Source: Mobula hypostoma
Lineage: Eukaryota
Direction of reading: 5' to 3'
NCBI RefSeq assembly: GCF_963921235.1
Contig: NC_086097.1
Location: 242,360,001-242,424,000 of the forward strand
Length of the DNA stretch: 64,000 bases
Made by a program: the position numbers and the translations under genes
Part shown: positions 60,969 through 64,000 of the stretch, one piece after another
How the letters are laid out: each line of letters opens with the position of its first letter
Position numbering within the stretch: the stretch's first letter is position 1
The notes under the pieces: model-generated
The model's input: only the letters and a program-made list of their open reading frames with translations
Told to the model about the DNA's origin: nothing
Database searches by the model: none

Positions 60969-61483
60969 AGGCTGATTTAAACTTGTGCGTCAACTCGACG
61001 CCGTAGGTACGGCGTCGCTGCGAACCCTACACAGAGCCTACACGGATCCCTACGCCGTAGCCTGACGCACACCTCTCCCAAAATGTAACTACGTGTCGTG
61101 GCAATGTAGACCACAACAACTGTGATTGGTCCGCTTGGTAGCATCGCATTTCCTCCTACGCTGCAGTAGCTTCCCATTGGGCGACTGAAGGGCAGGGAAG
61201 GAACTCTGGCTGCAGTGCTTTCCATAAAGCTTTACAGACCTCCGAAATTATGGAGGACACATTTTACTTTTACGAAAAAAGACGCTCTCTTTAAACTTGC
61301 TCACCCTGAGAAAGACTACCATGACCATGAAGCCTTGCGTGGGCAGGTGTGCGCGCATGCGCGATGTGCCCGAATTGCAGAGTGATGCAGACACACCAAC
61401 GCACAAGTATAAATGCTCACAACGCACGTGGGCCACTTGCATAGGTTACGGCGTCCATTTGACGCAGAAGTATAAATCAGCCT
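60969..61483. mobile_element. Second PIF/Harbinger-type MITE abutting the first
   Basis: TIRs aggctgatttaaacttgtgcgtcaa / ttgacgcagaagtataaatcagcct; TTA on the left, ttg on the right. Confidence 0.85.
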
Positions 61484-63446
61484 TTGGATGTACTACTCTC
61501 ACTGGAAGTTGCAGGCCGTTTTCCAGACATTATGGGTGGGGGAGAAAATGGAATAAATCGGTGAGGGAACAAGAACGCTTCCACACGTGCGGGGGAGGCA
61601 GAGCACGAACTAATATGTGATCGGCTGTGAGTGGCTCAGAGCGTATGTAAAGCATTCTTATTGACTGATTGAATGTTTACTGTAATGGCAGCTGCTTTTG
61701 AGAAGTGTTTAGAATGAATTTTTGTCATTTAAAAGAATTTCAGTGAAGAATTGTGTAATGCTGTGCAGGGTCAGAGTGTACTGATGGATGGCTTCCTGAA
61801 TATACAGCTAGTGAGAATGTTAAGTGATAAGACAGACCTGTGGCAGGGATATACCTGTAACAATGTGTTAATGCAGGAAATGGCCAGATAATGCCTTCCC
61901 TGATCTCATGCTGAGGTTGTCAATGACTACCAATTAACACCAACAGTGAGTTATTGTCTTCCCCTGTGTAGTTTCACTGGTACAGAATCAGAACGTCCCA
62001 CATCCAGTGAGTCATTTCGATGACCCCAAAGCATCATTAAACACGAGATTATGGCAATGCTGGAAATTTTCAGCAACACAGAGGGAATACAGGGGAAGTT
62101 CAGTAAATCAGGCAGTATTTGTAGAGAGGAATAAACAGTCGATGTTTTGGCTGTGAAAGAAAGGTTTTATTTCCTGAAGGCTGTTTCGCATTTTAATTTA
62201 TATTTTTCACTCAACTTCAAGTGCCACATCATTGAAATGTTCCCACAACCTATGGTCTCACTTTCAAGGACTCTTCATCTCATTCTCAATATTTATTTAA
62301 CCAATAAATAGCAATGCGAGGCGCTGAGTTATAAGGAAAGAGTGAATAGGTTGGAACTATATTCCCTAGAATGTAGAAGAATGAGGGGAGATTTGATAGA
62401 GGTATACAAATTTAAGAGATATAGATAAATACAAGCAGACTTTTTGCATGGGTTGGGTGGGACTACAACTAGAGGGTTAAGGGTCATGGGTTAAGGTTGA
62501 AGATAAAAAGTTTAAGGGGAACATGAGGGGAAACTTCTTCACTCCCAGAGTCGTGAGACTGTAGAATGAGCTGCCAGTGCAAGTGGTGCATGCTAGCTCA
62601 ATTTCAATGTTTAATAGGTCAGGTATATGGGAGGGAAGGGTATGGAGGGTTATGGTCCTGGTGCAGGTCAGTGTGACTAAACACTCAGCACAGACTAGAT
62701 GGGCCGAAGAGCCCGTTTCTGTGTTGTAGAGTTCGGTGACTTTATGATTCTATTTATTTTTTTTATTTTGTCTTTGCACAGTTTGTTGTCTTGCACGCTG
62801 GTCTTTCATTGATTCCATTATGATTATTGGATTCATTGAGTATGCCTGCAAGAAAATGAATCTCAGTATTGTATATGGTGACATATGTACTTTGATAATA
62901 AAACTACTTTGAACTTAGAACATATTCTGGCTCCATTTGGGGGGAAAATACAAGCACTCTGAGGGTTTGCGCTCTTTCAATATTAACTTTCAAGACGCTT
63001 GAGTATTACTGTGCAGTGCTAACTCTGGTCCACCTTAGATTTGTACAAGTGCATTCACTAACTGTTGAGAAGCTAGAGAAAGTGAGAGTAGTTGTTAAAT
63101 AGATTTTAAATGTAAGGTTCCATTTATTACCAATAGCAGTAGAAAATGGCGGAGGGTTGTAGCCTCTGCAAACATTTGGATTTTTCCATTTGTTAGCGTT
63201 CTTTGATAAAGAGTCAATTCTTCATTAAATCCTCAACTCCAATCAGCTTTTGTAAAAGGAAGGTAACTAGTTTTGCAAGTACATTGATACACTTCTTTTC
63301 TAATCATTGAACTTAAAATTTGTTCAATGAAGGTGAATAAACAGCTCTCTGTGGAAACTTTCTTTGCTTATTAGTGATAGGTTTGCCTCAGCAACCAAGA
63401 ATTTCAAGGAATCAGAATTTGCTTTATTTTTGCTGACACATGTCAT

Positions 63447-63815
63447 GAAGATGCTGGAAATCCAAAGCAACACACACAAAATGCAGGCCTTTTACCTCTT
63501 ACCTGCCTATTATATCCTTCTGGTCCCTCTATCCTTCCCTTTCTCCTATGATCCACTCTCTTCTCCTATTAAATTCCTTCCTCTTCAGCCCTTTACCCTT
63601 CCAACTCATCTGGTTCACCTAGCACTTTCCAGCTAGCCTCCTTCCCTTTCTTTCTCCCCCACCCCCCACCCCCCCGTACCACAAATTTTTACTCTGGTGT
63701 ATTCCCCCTTCCTTGCCAGTCCCAAAGTAGGATCTTGGCCAAAATGTTGACTCTTTGTTCATTTCCGTAGATGCTGCCTGACCTGCTGAGTTCTTCCAGC
63801 ACTTCATGTGTTCCT
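63447..63815 (+). mobile_element. Penelope-like 3' end with a short inverted terminal copy
   Basis: agatgctggaaatccaaagcaacacacacaaaatgc followed by the sense-strand UTR ending gatgctgcctgacctgctgagttcttccagca. Confidence 0.8.
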
Positions 63816-64000
63816 TCCCAGATCAGAATTGTGTGTGGTGTGGAGGGAGCTTACAGATGGCGGTGTTCTTGTGTCCCTGAAACTCTCTCCTTGGCGGTAA
63901 AGATTACCGATTCTGTTAGAGCAGTTTGAACAAATATGTGTATCAGTGTTTTAGAGAGTATGCAGAGTAGCCATGGTGTACCAGTGTTGGAGGGAATGTA

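Larger units (their letters stand above)
57399..61530 (-). mobile_element. Tigger/pogo-like element remnant hosting many insertions; far boundary uncertain
   Basis: TA|ctgtggatacc..aattcggacacatcg terminus; ORF 58354-58845 EEEIPARNLSTK..DNDPDWERS..CYRELLHERKLKKRQSNLDVYLK matches the Tigger transposase C-terminus. Confidence 0.75.

Noticed and set aside
54014..64000. Third MED30 coding exon (expected to start QLIPYV..)
   Set aside because: No matching sequence found; presumably downstream of the window.
1..64000. A prokaryote-style novel operon or defence system
   Set aside because: The window is spliced vertebrate DNA with one host gene; all longer ORFs are explained by transposons.

Overview
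Eukaryotic, repeat-dense vertebrate DNA. The repeat complement (CR1/HER1-like LINEs, V-SINE/HE1-like SINEs, Rex1/Babar LINEs, abundant Penelope-like fragments) suggests a cartilaginous fish, probably a ray; this is an inference. The only host gene I can support is MED30 (Mediator subunit 30) on the + strand. Its ATG exon is at 21603-21800 (CDS from 21630) and the next coding exon is at 53855-54013, with a 32,054-bp GT-AG intron between them. The later exons are not in the window. Almost all other ORFs in the track are fragments or antisense shadows of transposons: CR1, Rex1/Babar, RTE, Penelope, Gypsy, Tc1, Tigger/pogo, hAT and PIF/Harbinger. I found no convincing new multi-gene system. The most interesting signals are: (1) minimal hammerhead-ribozyme motifs in two Penelope-like families; (2) multi-level nested insertion stacks; (3) composite MITEs sharing a module across superfamilies; (4) footprints of RT template jumping and 5' inversion; (5) a non-coding ~600-bp retroposon family with a YY1-motif head; (6) the splice context of the MED30 start exon. 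Repeat boundaries were read by eye and are approximate unless a TSD or TIR is quoted. Family names come from motif recognition, not database searches.
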